Positions 37,612 to 48,054 of a stretch of DNA of 64,000 nucleotides are shown one piece after another. Position numbers and translations under genes: made by a program. The DNA lies in IMG/VR virus record IMGVR_UViG_3300050821_007134, positions 32,001-96,000 of that record. One strand, 5' to 3'. The stretch is from a virus. Within the stretch, counting starts at the first letter, position 1, and each line of letters opens with the position of its first letter. Under the pieces are notes generated by a model. That model did not search any database. It was not told the origin of the DNA and worked only from the letters and a program-made list of their open reading frames with translations.

Positions 37612-38928
37612 TTATTCCTCTGTCCATTCAACAGTACATAGCCAGCTTCCGCCTGTTACGGTTACGCCGCCTAGATTTATGGCCAATACTTGGGAAGTTC
37701 CTCTTAAAACTATAGATTGTGCAGGACTATTACCAAAATAAATATCGGGTATATTTTCTGAACTTACGTTACCCGCTACTGCCGGGACTTGAATAACTTT
37801 CTTAAAAGATAAAATTGTTCCAACAGTAGCTCCTAATGATGTTGGATTTGCTGTATATTGTAGTACTGTCGCAGTGGCAGCCAAATTATTAGAATCATGA
37901 GGAACTGCTGTGACTGCTGCCGATGTTCCACCCGAATTGGCAGCAGATCTTTTTATGAAAAAGAAACTCACGTATCCCGGCGTAGTTTGTGTTCCAGTGA
38001 TCGAGATCCTAGTTATTCGAATGGTTTTAGTGGCACTTCCTGTGATGGTGAAAATATCTGTAGCTGTAGCGGCAGAAGAAAAAGATGCACTGCTCGCAGC
38101 TCTATAGGATTGTTTAGACCCGTCTACTGGCGCATTTTGAACTACGGCACCGATATAAACCGTATTAACATTATTGGTGATCGTAAGCTTTACTACAGCC
38201 GTACCGGTCATTGCCGAAATGGCGCGTATTCTAAAATTTGTAAATCCGGCCATATTCGCTTCACCATTAAAATTAGCGGTGAAAGTGGAGGCCGTATAAA
38301 TAGTGCCGGTTTGATGAATAGGACGAACATACCAAGTAGTTCCTCCATCCATGCTTACTTCTGATTGTAAACTTCCAGTCCACGTTCCTGATACTTGGAC
38401 GACGACGGCTTCATCTGAATTAGTAGTTAATACAGCCGTTGAATTTGCGGTTGGAGTACCAGTTATTATTGGTTGTTGATTAAACCCTAATGCAGTGGTC
38501 GATACGATATCTTGAGTTGTTATATTGAAAGCGCCAAAGGATTCGTCTTGAGTGGTTACTATTAATTCTGCGTTGCTATTTAATTGTAGGTCCCCTCTTT
38601 GGCCGTTAGAAAGAGTTGGTAAGGTCGTATTAAAAACGCCACCAACTTTTACGGGACTACCCGAGTCAGCAGAACCAGAAGCTACATTGCCGACCATTTG
38701 TATATTGCCGCTAGCATCTACAGCGATACCAATTAAATTTCCAGCATTTTTTCCAGCTATGTATGAGGCGTTTGAAGGAACGGCAGAACCAGTTGCGCTA
38801 GTGGCATAATCCTTAACCAGTAAATTTCCGTTAGCGTCTGCGCCAACGTAGTTTACAGTTGTGCCACCAGAGTCTTGCCCTGTTATTTTAACTTCTTGTG
38901 CTTGATCGATATAGGGAATGTCTGCCAT
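37612..38928 (-). CDS. Virion fibre/decoration protein
   Basis: T/S/A/G rich, modular. Confidence 0.65.
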   Translation of the reverse strand: MADIPYIDQAQEVKITGQDSGGTTVNYVGADANGNLLVKDYATSATGSAVPSNASYIAGKNAGNLIGIAVDASGNIQMVGNVASGSADSGSPVKVGGVFNTTLPTLSNGQRGDLQLNSNAELIVTTQDESFGAFNITTQDIVSTTALGFNQQPIITGTPTANSTAVLTTNSDEAVVVQVSGTWTGSLQSEVSMDGGTTWYVRPIHQTGTIYTASTFTANFNGEANMAGFTNFRIRAISAMTGTAVVKLTITNNVNTVYIGAVVQNAPVDGSKQSYRAASSASFSSAATATDIFTITGSATKTIRITRISITGTQTTPGYVSFFFIKRSAANSGGTSAAVTAVPHDSNNLAATATVLQYTANPTSLGATVGTILSFKKVIQVPAVAGNVSSENIPDIYFGNSPAQSIVLRGTSQVLAINLGGVTVTGGSWLCTVEWTEE

Positions 38929-38940
38929 TAGGCCTCCCTA

Positions 38941-40095
38941 TTATTGTTCGTTGCCGCTAATTGTCGAGTAAACGTCTTGAGACGCCTTATCGAGGTTCGT
39001 GCGGATGATTTGGATCTTTGCACCAGCAATTTGAGTTTTGTCTGAAGGAACTGGAATTGGAATGTTTGGTGTAGAAGTAGAGTTAAATCCTACCCAGAAA
39101 CTATTAAAAATACCTGAACCAGCTGCGGTTTCGTATTGGACTTCTACTTTTAATTTTCCAGACCCAGAAGCCCAGAATTGTTTGGTGAAAAAAGTTTTTC
39201 CAGCAGTGACAGTGTAAACATGAGTGCTTGTGGCATTTGCGGCCAATGCAGATACGGTATTATAATTATCTACAGGAGTACCAGAGGCAACTGCTTCAGA
39301 AACAAATATTGGATTTGTAGGACTGTTAGCTGCTCCACCAGAAGTGATTGAGATTGGCCATGCATTAGCTGCGGTATTTGGTGCTCCCTGATTAGCTACT
39401 ACTCTTAATGTCTGAGCACCCGTGGCACCAGCATTGAAGTCAGCCAGTCCAGTAGCATTTGCGATTTCAGCGGCTACTCTTAATGTTTGAGCACCGATGG
39501 CGCCTACATTAAAATCAGCGGCTCCGGTGGCATTACCAATTTGAGAAGCTGTGCGTAATGTGTTAGCTCCAACGGTTCCATAATTTGTGTCTAGGGTAGT
39601 TGGAAAATTGGAAATTGTAACTCTTAATGTTTGAGCGGTTGCAGAACCAGCACCAAAATCAGCAGCACCAGTCGCGTTACCAATTTGAGCAGCAGCTCTG
39701 AGTGTTTGAGCCCCAACAGTTCCATAGTTAAAATCGGCAGCGCCAGTGGCGTTACCGATTTGAGCGGCAGTTCTTAAAGTATTGGCCCCAACAACGCCAT
39801 AGTTCGTATCGTTTACAACGCTAGGAGTAACCAGTAATCTACCACGATTGTCAACTTGAAGGGCAGCTTGCTGTCCAGTAGTAAGTGTAGGAAGAGTGGT
39901 ATTAAACTGACCGCCGATAAGAGCAGAAAAGGCAGCTGCGGACCCAGGGCTTACGGGGCCGTCAACAACATCTCTTAAAGAACCATTCGCATCAACTGCG
40001 GCTTTCTGTGTAGGTGTAGTTCCGTCTACTAAAAAGACCGCTACATCGCCGGGGTTCTCTGTTCTTACTGGTAATGAACTATTAAAATCTGACAT
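38941..40095 (-). CDS. Virion fibre protein with ~25-aa repeats
   Basis: NYGxVGAxTLRxAAQIGNATGAADF, about 6 copies. Confidence 0.7.
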   Translation of the reverse strand: MSDFNSSLPVRTENPGDVAVFLVDGTTPTQKAAVDANGSLRDVVDGPVSPGSAAAFSALIGGQFNTTLPTLTTGQQAALQVDNRGRLLVTPSVVNDTNYGVVGANTLRTAAQIGNATGAADFNYGTVGAQTLRAAAQIGNATGAADFGAGSATAQTLRVTISNFPTTLDTNYGTVGANTLRTASQIGNATGAADFNVGAIGAQTLRVAAEIANATGLADFNAGATGAQTLRVVANQGAPNTAANAWPISITSGGAANSPTNPIFVSEAVASGTPVDNYNTVSALAANATSTHVYTVTAGKTFFTKQFWASGSGKLKVEVQYETAAGSGIFNSFWVGFNSTSTPNIPIPVPSDKTQIAGAKIQIIRTNLDKASQDVYSTISGNEQ

Positions 40096-40106
40096 TTTCT
40101 ATTCCT

Positions 40107-40304
40107 TTAATTTTTTAAGGCCGATTCCGTTTCAGCTATTTTACCTTGAAGTTCTACTTCTCTTTTTATCTGCACTTCAACGTGATTTTTTAAACGCTGG
40201 ATTTCTTCTAGCATTTCCTCTATTCTAATTTCGAGGTTTGCCTTTGCATGAGAAACGCCCAAAAGCTCTGCCTTCATTTTTCTAATTTCTATTGGTGATG
40301 CCAT
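40107..40304 (-). CDS. Small coiled-coil protein
   Basis: Heptads; late motif at 40322-40328. Confidence 0.65.
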   Translation of the reverse strand: MASPIEIRKMKAELLGVSHAKANLEIRIEEMLEEIQRLKNHVEVQIKREVELQGKIAETESALKN

Positions 40305-40356
40305 TTTATCGTCCTTTACGGTAAGATTACTCCCGAGAGCATTTTATTCCAAAAAC

Positions 40357-41289
40357 TTATGTAACTTCAGCTACTTGTATGGTGGCCTCAAAGCTAGCTA
40401 ATGATGGTCTAGTGTGTAAAACCTTAACGACTACAGTGTTCCCTACAGCTAACGGAACGCCATTATTGTTAAAGCTCTGAAATTCAAAAGTCGCATTCAA
40501 ATCGCCACCGAAGTATGTTCTTTTTGTGGCAACTATTGAGGAGTTTATCAGTAGGTCATATCTGGCTATATTTTCTCCTGAAACTTGAACTCTTTGGAGA
40601 AAGGCGCTGGTTGCGGTGCCAGGGACAGTATAAGTGATTACAGTGGTACTTACGCCAGAAGCTACTGAATTTACTTCGTTATATGGAATTTTGATAGTGT
40701 ATATCGCCGCACTACCGCCGATATCAACGTTAATAGAGCCGTCGGCATTGATATGCAGTCTGTTAGTGCCGTCCCCTATTTGGATCGCATCTGGGAGGCC
40801 GTCAGGAGTCGTATCACCACTTTTATCGGTGAGTCGTCGAACTGTCGTCGTAATTGAACCGGCGAAAACAACGGGTAAGGGATTGGCAGTTTCATAATAA
40901 TCCCCAAACTGATCGACTAGGACGCTTCTCCACGCGACTGTAGGCTCCTGATCGTAAGTAGCCTTGTCCATGTCGTCGGTTTTGATGGTATTTTTGGTCT
41001 GTTCACCAGCATAAAGATATGCGCCTGCTGCGACTGTATAGGCCGAAACATCTACACCTTGAAACCATTGACCTTGAGGAGGATTGAGGGCTCCAACTTT
41101 GATTTGTGTTGGAGACATGACACGGACTACGCGGAGGGTTATATTTGGTTGCCCAGTTGCGACGATGGCAATTTCTTGCTTAACTTTTAAGCCAGCTGCC
41201 GTTACAACGTTTATTATTCCATACGGAGAACCATCAGACGTGAAAAGCGTCGGAGGTACCGCAGGCCATTTCTGCTCTATACCTGGCAT
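40357..41289 (-). CDS. Putative virion protein
   Basis: Beta-rich; INADGSINV fibre-like motif; late motif at 41337-41343. Confidence 0.65.
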   Translation of the reverse strand: MPGIEQKWPAVPPTLFTSDGSPYGIINVVTAAGLKVKQEIAIVATGQPNITLRVVRVMSPTQIKVGALNPPQGQWFQGVDVSAYTVAAGAYLYAGEQTKNTIKTDDMDKATYDQEPTVAWRSVLVDQFGDYYETANPLPVVFAGSITTTVRRLTDKSGDTTPDGLPDAIQIGDGTNRLHINADGSINVDIGGSAAIYTIKIPYNEVNSVASGVSTTVITYTVPGTATSAFLQRVQVSGENIARYDLLINSSIVATKRTYFGGDLNATFEFQSFNNNGVPLAVGNTVVVKVLHTRPSLASFEATIQVAEVT

Positions 41290-41351
41290 TTTGGGGAACC
41301 CTAACCTAGTTAGATCTCAACCATATGAGACTTAGTTAAGATTGCTTCAAA

Positions 41352-41384
41352 ATAAAAAACGGATAAGATTAATCTTATCCGTTT
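41352..41384 (-). terminator. Terminator after tail tube (28-bp perfect palindrome)
   Basis: AAACGGATAAGATTAATCTTATCCGTTT (41357-41384) followed by a U-rich tract on the minus strand. Confidence 0.75.
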
Positions 41385-41411
41385 CCATAATTCTTAAATT
41401 AAATCACTATG

Positions 41412-41864
41412 TTAAGGGAGGCTGGTTGCTCCTGAACTTTCATCCTGGTCACCGGCTTCATCACTTAACCTGATGCCTGTGTAGTTGATTGTAACACGGC
41501 TGGTGGCGCGAGCATTGTGGTTACCGTTATAAGAGGTCGGGATACACCCGATTGCAGTCATAATGGTTGCACCAGTTTGTCGGTCAACAACGGCCAATGT
41601 AACGTTCTCTAAAGTCAAGAGATCTTGCAATTTTGGAAATTTTGGAAGAACCATAGGTCCTTGGCCAACTACCCTAAAAGCACCGCATGTAAGCGTAACT
41701 GCGTCATAAGACGTAGGAGTGATCTCATCTGGGCTATAACGGCCCAAAAGATGAATTGGTTCATTTCCAATATTGACGTTATAAGAGACTGTTTCAAAGA
41801 TACCAACGAGTGTATCGTCTACGTATACTTTTGTTCGGGCTCCAACTAAAACTTTTGATGGCAT
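41412..41864 (-). CDS. Tail tube protein
   Basis: 150 aa directly downstream of sheath; typical myovirus tube pattern. Confidence 0.85.
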   Translation of the reverse strand: MPSKVLVGARTKVYVDDTLVGIFETVSYNVNIGNEPIHLLGRYSPDEITPTSYDAVTLTCGAFRVVGQGPMVLPKFPKLQDLLTLENVTLAVVDRQTGATIMTAIGCIPTSYNGNHNARATSRVTINYTGIRLSDEAGDQDESSGATSLP

Positions 41865-41888
41865 TGTAAATTCTCCTTAAACTAAAGA

Positions 41889-44663
41889 TTAAGCGGCGCT
41901 CTGTACTTGCGATACGTTAATGGTAATCGGTACGAAGTAGATAGCGGTTGCAAGCTTGATTTCGACTGCAACGTCCATTTCAGGACCATTGACGCTGACT
42001 TTGGGATTTTTGAACCCGAGAGGAGCATCTGTGCTGCCTGCGATTAACTTTAATCGTTTGTATCCATCCATTTTTTGAGCTAAGAAGCTCAAAGCGGTAG
42101 CGGCGTCGACATCGGCCAAGCTCTTACCAACAAAGGATGCTTGGAAGCTTGCGGCGAGATCGAGGGCCAAAATATCCGAAGCGTACACGGCTTGGATGCT
42201 GTTATAAACGAAATTGGCGTCAAAGGCATAAGTCGTTTGGTCACTAACCCAACGAACTCCAGCGGTATCTTTGGTCCAAAATAATAGACCAGCATCGAGT
42301 GCATCTTCAACATCACCAGGGCTACCCGAGTCAAATCCTGAAGGATCAAGGTAACTGATAACGTTTGCGAATTTGTTAACGATGGCTTTATAGAAACCGC
42401 CCGTTTGCATACCGGCAGCAACAACTGCTTGGTACCAAGGGAGGAAGCTTGTGATAACGCCTTGCGAGTTAACTTGCGAAGGCCTTTGGAAAGCCAAAGA
42501 ACAACGGTACTGAGCAATCCCTTGAGATTTTTGTTTCGTCTGAGCATAAGTTCCCCAGAAAGAAAGGATTGCGATACGATTCTTTTTAAGCTTCGGTGTG
42601 CTGAATTGGATACAATGAGCCTTAGCAGCTGCATGGATTGCATCAATGGTGTAGGTCGAAGATGAATCGGTTAATCCGTCAGCGATATCAGCGCTTGCAT
42701 CTCTTGAGAAGAGAGGAACGATAATGTTAACATTCAATCCAGCCAATGCGTTGATTGCAGCGATAACTTGAGCAGCAGAAGTTCCACCTTTGGTTCCACC
42801 AGATAAGAAAATTGGAGCTGCATTTGGATTGGGTAATCCAGAAGAAGCTTGAGGTGCGAAATTCAATGCGCGAGAAGTACTCATACCTTGTTCGAAAGAG
42901 AACAGAGCATCTTTAATTCTTCCAGGCTGTTCACCAGCTCCGCTTGAAGCGATACCGGCTGCGGTAACTGCATCTAAAGCAGAAGGAGGTAATTGCTGAG
43001 CAGAAGGAGAAGCTGAAGCTGAATATCCAGATTGAGAATTGATAAAAGCAGCAATGTCGGCAACCGTTCTGTATTGGCTAAGAGCGATACTTAAGTTAGC
43101 ACCTGATCCGCCACTAACAGTAGTCGTCAACATTTGACTTACGGGATTAATTGTTAAAGTTGCGGTCGTACCTTGGTAACCAACGTTTAAGGCAATTTGA
43201 GTTGCAACGTCGATTGTTTCGCTTAAGTTAATGTCGGCGCGGTTGATTTGAACTTCAACAGAAGCCTCTTGAGCGGCAACATTTAAACTGTCAGAAAGAC
43301 CTAAAGCGGCTAAATCTCCAGGAGTAGAGTCGAACAATTCAAAACTTCTTGCATCTCCCCTTCGATAAGCGGTAGCATCTATGGCCATGGTAAGAGCAAT
43401 ACTATTTGGTGCAGCGCCAGGTGATGCAGAGATTCCAGAGGGAAGTAACAAATTGAGTTCAGTTATTAACTGAGCCTGATTTGAGTGGTTAGCTCCGTTG
43501 ATTACTCCAGGAGGGAAATTTGTGATTGAAGTTCCAGGACTCACACCAACGTTACCATTGATAATAGTACCGCTAGATGCGCTACCAGTTACGGCTGAAG
43601 CACCTAAGAGACCAAACGTCCCAGCGTAATTTAATAGAGGAGCTTGCTGTGCGTTGACGACAGTGGGTGCGCTTAATGTGACGGCTCCAGTAAGAGCAAT
43701 TAAACTGCCGTTTACAACGGTTCCTAATGTGTCAGTGATTGATGCTTGAGCGATAACGTTACCTTGGAAAGTACCAGCGAATGAAGAATCAAGAGTTGCA
43801 GAACTTCCGACGAGCCAATAAACGTTTTTGGCTAAAGCGCCACCAGTAAAGTTAATAACAGGAGTACCGCTTGAACCAGTCACTAAAGTACTTGCAGTTT
43901 TGATTACGAATACGTCAGTTGAAGAACCGCTAAAAGTAAGAGGTCCGCCTGCATCTAAGGAAGCGGCGCCCGTGCTATAATAACCAGCGGTTAATGTTTG
44001 ACCATCGAGAACAGCGGGAATTGAAACATATCCGCCATGACCAGATAAACTTGTGTAAGCGGCCTGAGCAGCTGATTGAGCTGAAGCGGCTTCGCTTGGA
44101 CTAACTGGACCAGAAGAGCTGCTACTAAGAGTGATAACATTGGCTGCTCCACCGTTTAATCGAAGTGTAAAAGAAGCGCCGTCTAAAGCTGCACCGAATG
44201 CAGGGATAGTTCCACCGGAAAGGGTAGGAGGAGCTTCGGTAGCGATCGAAGTAACTTGATATCTGTATTGGTTTCCAGGAATGCCGAAATTTTGATCAGA
44301 AAAAAGTCCATAGTTAGTGTCAACAGCGGCAGAAGCCTTTGCACTCGTATTTGTTTTTACGATGTAGATTAAATTTGCAGACCCAGTGATATCAGCATCA
44401 GCTGAAGGAGCAGATAATGCTCTCATAGCATCAACGATTGGACCGCTAAGGTATTGTTGTTGAACTTTATCCAATTGATCTGGAGTAAATGAATTGCTGC
44501 TCAAAGGATTAAGATCACTGAAAACATCTCCACCATCGGCTTCACCGATTATGACTACGTTACCAGAAGATCCGATACCAACAGGTTGGCTTTGAACAAC
44601 GATGTTAGGATACGCTCCAGGGATATTGGTATTAATGAAACTTGTTGCTAGTCTTTGAGACAT
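41889..44663 (-). CDS. Contractile tail sheath with inserted DUF3494-like domain
   Basis: N-terminal IPGAY..IIGEADGG; FLSGGTKG; C-terminal FVGK...YFVPITI; insert at aa ~186-393. Confidence 0.92.
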   Translation of the reverse strand: MSQRLATSFINTNIPGAYPNIVVQSQPVGIGSSGNVVIIGEADGGDVFSDLNPLSSNSFTPDQLDKVQQQYLSGPIVDAMRALSAPSADADITGSANLIYIVKTNTSAKASAAVDTNYGLFSDQNFGIPGNQYRYQVTSIATEAPPTLSGGTIPAFGAALDGASFTLRLNGGAANVITLSSSSSGPVSPSEAASAQSAAQAAYTSLSGHGGYVSIPAVLDGQTLTAGYYSTGAASLDAGGPLTFSGSSTDVFVIKTASTLVTGSSGTPVINFTGGALAKNVYWLVGSSATLDSSFAGTFQGNVIAQASITDTLGTVVNGSLIALTGAVTLSAPTVVNAQQAPLLNYAGTFGLLGASAVTGSASSGTIINGNVGVSPGTSITNFPPGVINGANHSNQAQLITELNLLLPSGISASPGAAPNSIALTMAIDATAYRRGDARSFELFDSTPGDLAALGLSDSLNVAAQEASVEVQINRADINLSETIDVATQIALNVGYQGTTATLTINPVSQMLTTTVSGGSGANLSIALSQYRTVADIAAFINSQSGYSASASPSAQQLPPSALDAVTAAGIASSGAGEQPGRIKDALFSFEQGMSTSRALNFAPQASSGLPNPNAAPIFLSGGTKGGTSAAQVIAAINALAGLNVNIIVPLFSRDASADIADGLTDSSSTYTIDAIHAAAKAHCIQFSTPKLKKNRIAILSFWGTYAQTKQKSQGIAQYRCSLAFQRPSQVNSQGVITSFLPWYQAVVAAGMQTGGFYKAIVNKFANVISYLDPSGFDSGSPGDVEDALDAGLLFWTKDTAGVRWVSDQTTYAFDANFVYNSIQAVYASDILALDLAASFQASFVGKSLADVDAATALSFLAQKMDGYKRLKLIAGSTDAPLGFKNPKVSVNGPEMDVAVEIKLATAIYFVPITINVSQVQSAA

Positions 44664-44678
44664 TTTCGTTCTCCTTAA

Positions 44679-44978
44679 TTAACTTATTCTTTTAAGCCCA
44701 AAATGTTTAATTCCTTCTTCGAATCTTGCTGGGGCAGCCATAGCTACGGCTTTTAAATGAAGCCATATGATATGTTCAAGATCCTTAGAATTGGCCCATT
44801 TCGATTTCTCTTGAGCCCAGTAAAGTCTCCATGCTTCTCTAACTTGATCTTCTTTTAATGCTAGAGAGGCAGCAGGTTTGGCTAAAGAAGCGCGCCATTT
44901 TTTGGCTTCTTCTAAAGACATTTCTTTTGCTTTTTCAGCCACTTTTTCAATTTCCTGTTTCATGTTCTTCTTCGCCAT
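44679..44978 (-). CDS. Hypothetical late protein
   Basis: Small gene preceding sheath. Confidence 0.75.
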   Translation of the reverse strand: MAKKNMKQEIEKVAEKAKEMSLEEAKKWRASLAKPAASLALKEDQVREAWRLYWAQEKSKWANSKDLEHIIWLHLKAVAMAAPARFEEGIKHFGLKRIS

Positions 44979-44981
44979 TTC

Positions 44982-45845
44982 TTAACTCTTTTTTAAAATA
45001 TCAGATTTCTTGATTTCTAAAAATTTAGCCAGTTTGGCCACACCTGTATTTTTCCCCGCGATAGCTTCGGATTTATCCATCCAATTCTTCTCGGCCTGTG
45101 ATCTAGGTAACGTAGTACCTTCGCCTTTTGCTTCAGAATTACCTGGAGCTTGTTTTGAAACTCCCATATCATCTGACTTCTGTACGTTCGAAGGAGGAGG
45201 AGTCGCAGACGGTTGTCCAATACTTTGAGCACCCTGAGCAATTTTAGCTGGTGTGATTGCTCCGCTAGCGGCAGCATTTGCAAAGTTGGCGCCGAAGTCT
45301 TTCTTCAACTCGGCCTTTTCCATTGGTTCATGTCTATATGTGTCAGAAGCATGAACTATTTCGTGGCTGTGTAAATTCTTAATTCCAATATTTCGAGCAT
45401 GTTCGGATACTTGATTTGGTGAAGCTTCGTGGGTGTGATATCCGTGTTCTTTCATGCTGTGGTGAACTTTATCAACTAAATGCTGTCTTACGTGTTCACC
45501 GAATTTATTTTTGCTTGATTTTTCAAGCTCTTCGGACTTTCTTACTTGGCCTTCCATTCCATATTTCTTGGTATTGTAAGGTCGAGCGCCGGGGGCCGCA
45601 TTATTGCCTTCGGCATTTTCTTTTGGATTTGTTCTAGGGTCTTGTTGTTCCCTAACGCGTCTTTTTCCCACGATATCTTCTCTATCGAGTTCTTCTTGGT
45701 GTCTGTGGGGAGCCTGAGTACCTAATTTCTTAGAATTCTCAGATTCATATTTCTTCAAAGCTGGGAAATTCTTAATAAGTTCAGTGACCTTAGCTGCTAC
45801 TGCTTCGGCTGCCTGTTTTGCTGTATAACGCTTTTCTTGTGCCAT
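44982..45845 (-). CDS. Low-complexity late protein, putative internal head protein
   Basis: Many [LIMV]xK[SA][ED] motifs; late motif at 45869-45875. Confidence 0.65.
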   Translation of the reverse strand: MAQEKRYTAKQAAEAVAAKVTELIKNFPALKKYESENSKKLGTQAPHRHQEELDREDIVGKRRVREQQDPRTNPKENAEGNNAAPGARPYNTKKYGMEGQVRKSEELEKSSKNKFGEHVRQHLVDKVHHSMKEHGYHTHEASPNQVSEHARNIGIKNLHSHEIVHASDTYRHEPMEKAELKKDFGANFANAAASGAITPAKIAQGAQSIGQPSATPPPSNVQKSDDMGVSKQAPGNSEAKGEGTTLPRSQAEKNWMDKSEAIAGKNTGVAKLAKFLEIKKSDILKKS

Positions 45846-45879
45846 TATTGAACCTCTTTATACCACTGTAAGATTAGTA

Positions 45880-46242
45880 TTATGACTTACACTTGGCCAT
45901 AAAATCTCTTAGTTTTCGAGCACTTGCATGTTTTACGTCTTTAAAGTCCTCGGATTTAAACATTCCTGGAGACTTTGGGGTTTTCGATATAGTACTTTGC
46001 TCGCCCGATTTCATTGGATTAGCCACGGCTGTCGGAGTTGGCTTAGGTGAAAGAATTTGTGCTTCAGATTTAAAAATCTCTTGCATGAATTCTTCAGCTT
46101 TTTCAAGACCTTGTGACTTTTTCATCCTATGGAATATGAAGTTAGCCAGAGCCCATTTAGGTTCTCCGCCACTTTTACCGGCAGCTTCTTTAGCTTCCGA
46201 CCATTTCTTTTCATCTTTCGGGGTCTTTACAAATCCTGGCAT
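45880..46242 (-). CDS. Late protein, putative internal head protein
   Basis: MKKSQ, LEKAE, IFKSE, MFKSE; AATCTTA 5 nt before ATG. Confidence 0.65.
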   Translation of the reverse strand: MPGFVKTPKDEKKWSEAKEAAGKSGGEPKWALANFIFHRMKKSQGLEKAEEFMQEIFKSEAQILSPKPTPTAVANPMKSGEQSTISKTPKSPGMFKSEDFKDVKHASARKLRDFMAKCKS

Positions 46243-46263
46243 GACTATAAGATTCCTACGATA

Positions 46264-47292
46264 TTATTCATTTTCATCTTCTGGGTCGGTGGAATCGTCG
46301 CCATTTTCATTATCTGTATACCAAATTTCATTGGCTTTATCGATAAAAGCTGGGGAATCTTCATTAGATAGGATTTTGATCCCTCCGAGGAATCCTTTGG
46401 ATGTTTTCTCTTTTAACGCAACGCTTTCAATAAATCTTCGCGGTGACTTGACCCAGCTGTTCTCTACTTGGCCAGTGATTGTGATGTATCTTCGAAAAAC
46501 TTCTTCACCTTCGACGCCGCCGTAATTGCTATCTTCCTGAAGGTCTGAACTGCTCAGAAGACTTTCCGTGAATCCGGAGGCCTCTAATAAGCTTTCTCTA
46601 TAACGCATTATACTATACATTGCGATTGACCAAAGCCAAAGTAGGTTTTGGGGATCTCCATGCGCATGACAGCCAATGGTGTAGCTTTCTTGAAAAAATG
46701 AGTGTTCAACTCTAGCCTTATATACTTGAAATTGTGGAACAATTCCGTATTTACTCGCATTGAGTTTTGTATCGGCTTCGATTAGGATACCAGCTTCAGT
46801 AATTTCCAGGATACCGTAACCGTTCCCGGTCGCAGGGTCAACAAGGATCATTCCCGGCGCAATCCCGTCGCTTCCCGGCGCATTCCCAGGGATCGCCAGT
46901 TCACCAGTTGATTGGTCATATGAAAGCGGGACGAAAGGCTTAACCACGTAGGGAATAGGCTTCCCAATAGTGTTTGGCATTAAGAGCACTGTCTCAGTGG
47001 ACTGGTCGGCCATGGTCTTCATGTCTTGTTTTTCAGGGCTATTTCCCATGGATATCGTTATGCAGGGCGTCTTATCTTTATCTTTTCTAAGTGCCATGTA
47101 AAATTCTATTTTGTTATTTGCGAACCACTCTTTACAGGCATCGATTTGTTTTTGGCCATATTTGTCTTTTAGATATGGGCTTGTGATTAAATCTTCAAAC
47201 ATGTGGTCAATAAGCCACGGATTCTTGCGCATGTCTTCGATGCCAAGCTCGATAGCTGTTTTTATTATCATGTCACCTTGAAAAATTCCCAT
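46264..47292 (-). CDS. Putative tail terminator/completion protein
   Basis: Position upstream of sheath; YTIGCHAHGD..LLWL pattern. Confidence 0.55.
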   Translation of the reverse strand: MGIFQGDMIIKTAIELGIEDMRKNPWLIDHMFEDLITSPYLKDKYGQKQIDACKEWFANNKIEFYMALRKDKDKTPCITISMGNSPEKQDMKTMADQSTETVLLMPNTIGKPIPYVVKPFVPLSYDQSTGELAIPGNAPGSDGIAPGMILVDPATGNGYGILEITEAGILIEADTKLNASKYGIVPQFQVYKARVEHSFFQESYTIGCHAHGDPQNLLWLWSIAMYSIMRYRESLLEASGFTESLLSSSDLQEDSNYGGVEGEEVFRRYITITGQVENSWVKSPRRFIESVALKEKTSKGFLGGIKILSNEDSPAFIDKANEIWYTDNENGDDSTDPEDENE

Positions 47293-47298
47293 AAACCC

Positions 47299-48054
47299 TT
47301 AATATTTTGCCAAAATTTGCGGCAATACGTTTGTTTCCCATTCTTTTAAAGCCCATTCATAGGCTTTTTCAAAAAAATGTTGTGCGTCGTATCCGGGGTG
47401 AATCCACTTACCTTCACTGGCCGGGCCACTACTTACAGTTCGAAAAGTCATAATGTCTCTTTGAACTTTTCCAGTAATACGATTTTTCTTTTGATATATC
47501 GTAACTCTAGCCAAAGCATCCGTTGTTGCCCTGCTTGTAGGCGGAGCGCTTGGGATACTGAATGAATGAAGTTTTCCAAGTCTTGGATTGCCACCAGATC
47601 CCGTTTCTATTTTCTTATAAGGGATTTTTCTGGCCTTCAATTCAGTTCTAATTTGGCTGACCAAACTTTGAGCGTATGAATTCATGGTAGATGGTGCCCT
47701 ACTATGCTCAAAAGGGATGGCCCTACTTTTATTACCTGTTCTAGGATTTACAGGAGCATCTTTTAAAAGAGATTCCTTCATATCCTTTCCGGGAGTAATA
47801 CCTTCTTCAATCCAAAGTGCGCTTTCATCAATGGTCAAAAGATGAACATGTGGCGCGATTTCTTGAGTCTTAAATCCTTTTTGGAATTGACTCAGCGTGG
47901 TATGAAGTTTATCTGCGGCCATTTCATCAATTTTTGCAGTAGTCATGGCGGCCAGACCATCGACGGCTTCTAAGATGTCCTTTTCAATTTCTTCTTTTGC
48001 TTCTTTAAATGCGCCAGCAATTGCCGAAGCATCAATATGTATTTTAAAGCTCAT
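47299..48054 (-). CDS. Putative neck/tail completion protein
   Basis: WIEEG...IPF.H...TFRTVSS...WIHPG, as in SPO1/Twort-like neck proteins. Confidence 0.65.
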   Translation of the reverse strand: MSFKIHIDASAIAGAFKEAKEEIEKDILEAVDGLAAMTTAKIDEMAADKLHTTLSQFQKGFKTQEIAPHVHLLTIDESALWIEEGITPGKDMKESLLKDAPVNPRTGNKSRAIPFEHSRAPSTMNSYAQSLVSQIRTELKARKIPYKKIETGSGGNPRLGKLHSFSIPSAPPTSRATTDALARVTIYQKKNRITGKVQRDIMTFRTVSSGPASEGKWIHPGYDAQHFFEKAYEWALKEWETNVLPQILAKY

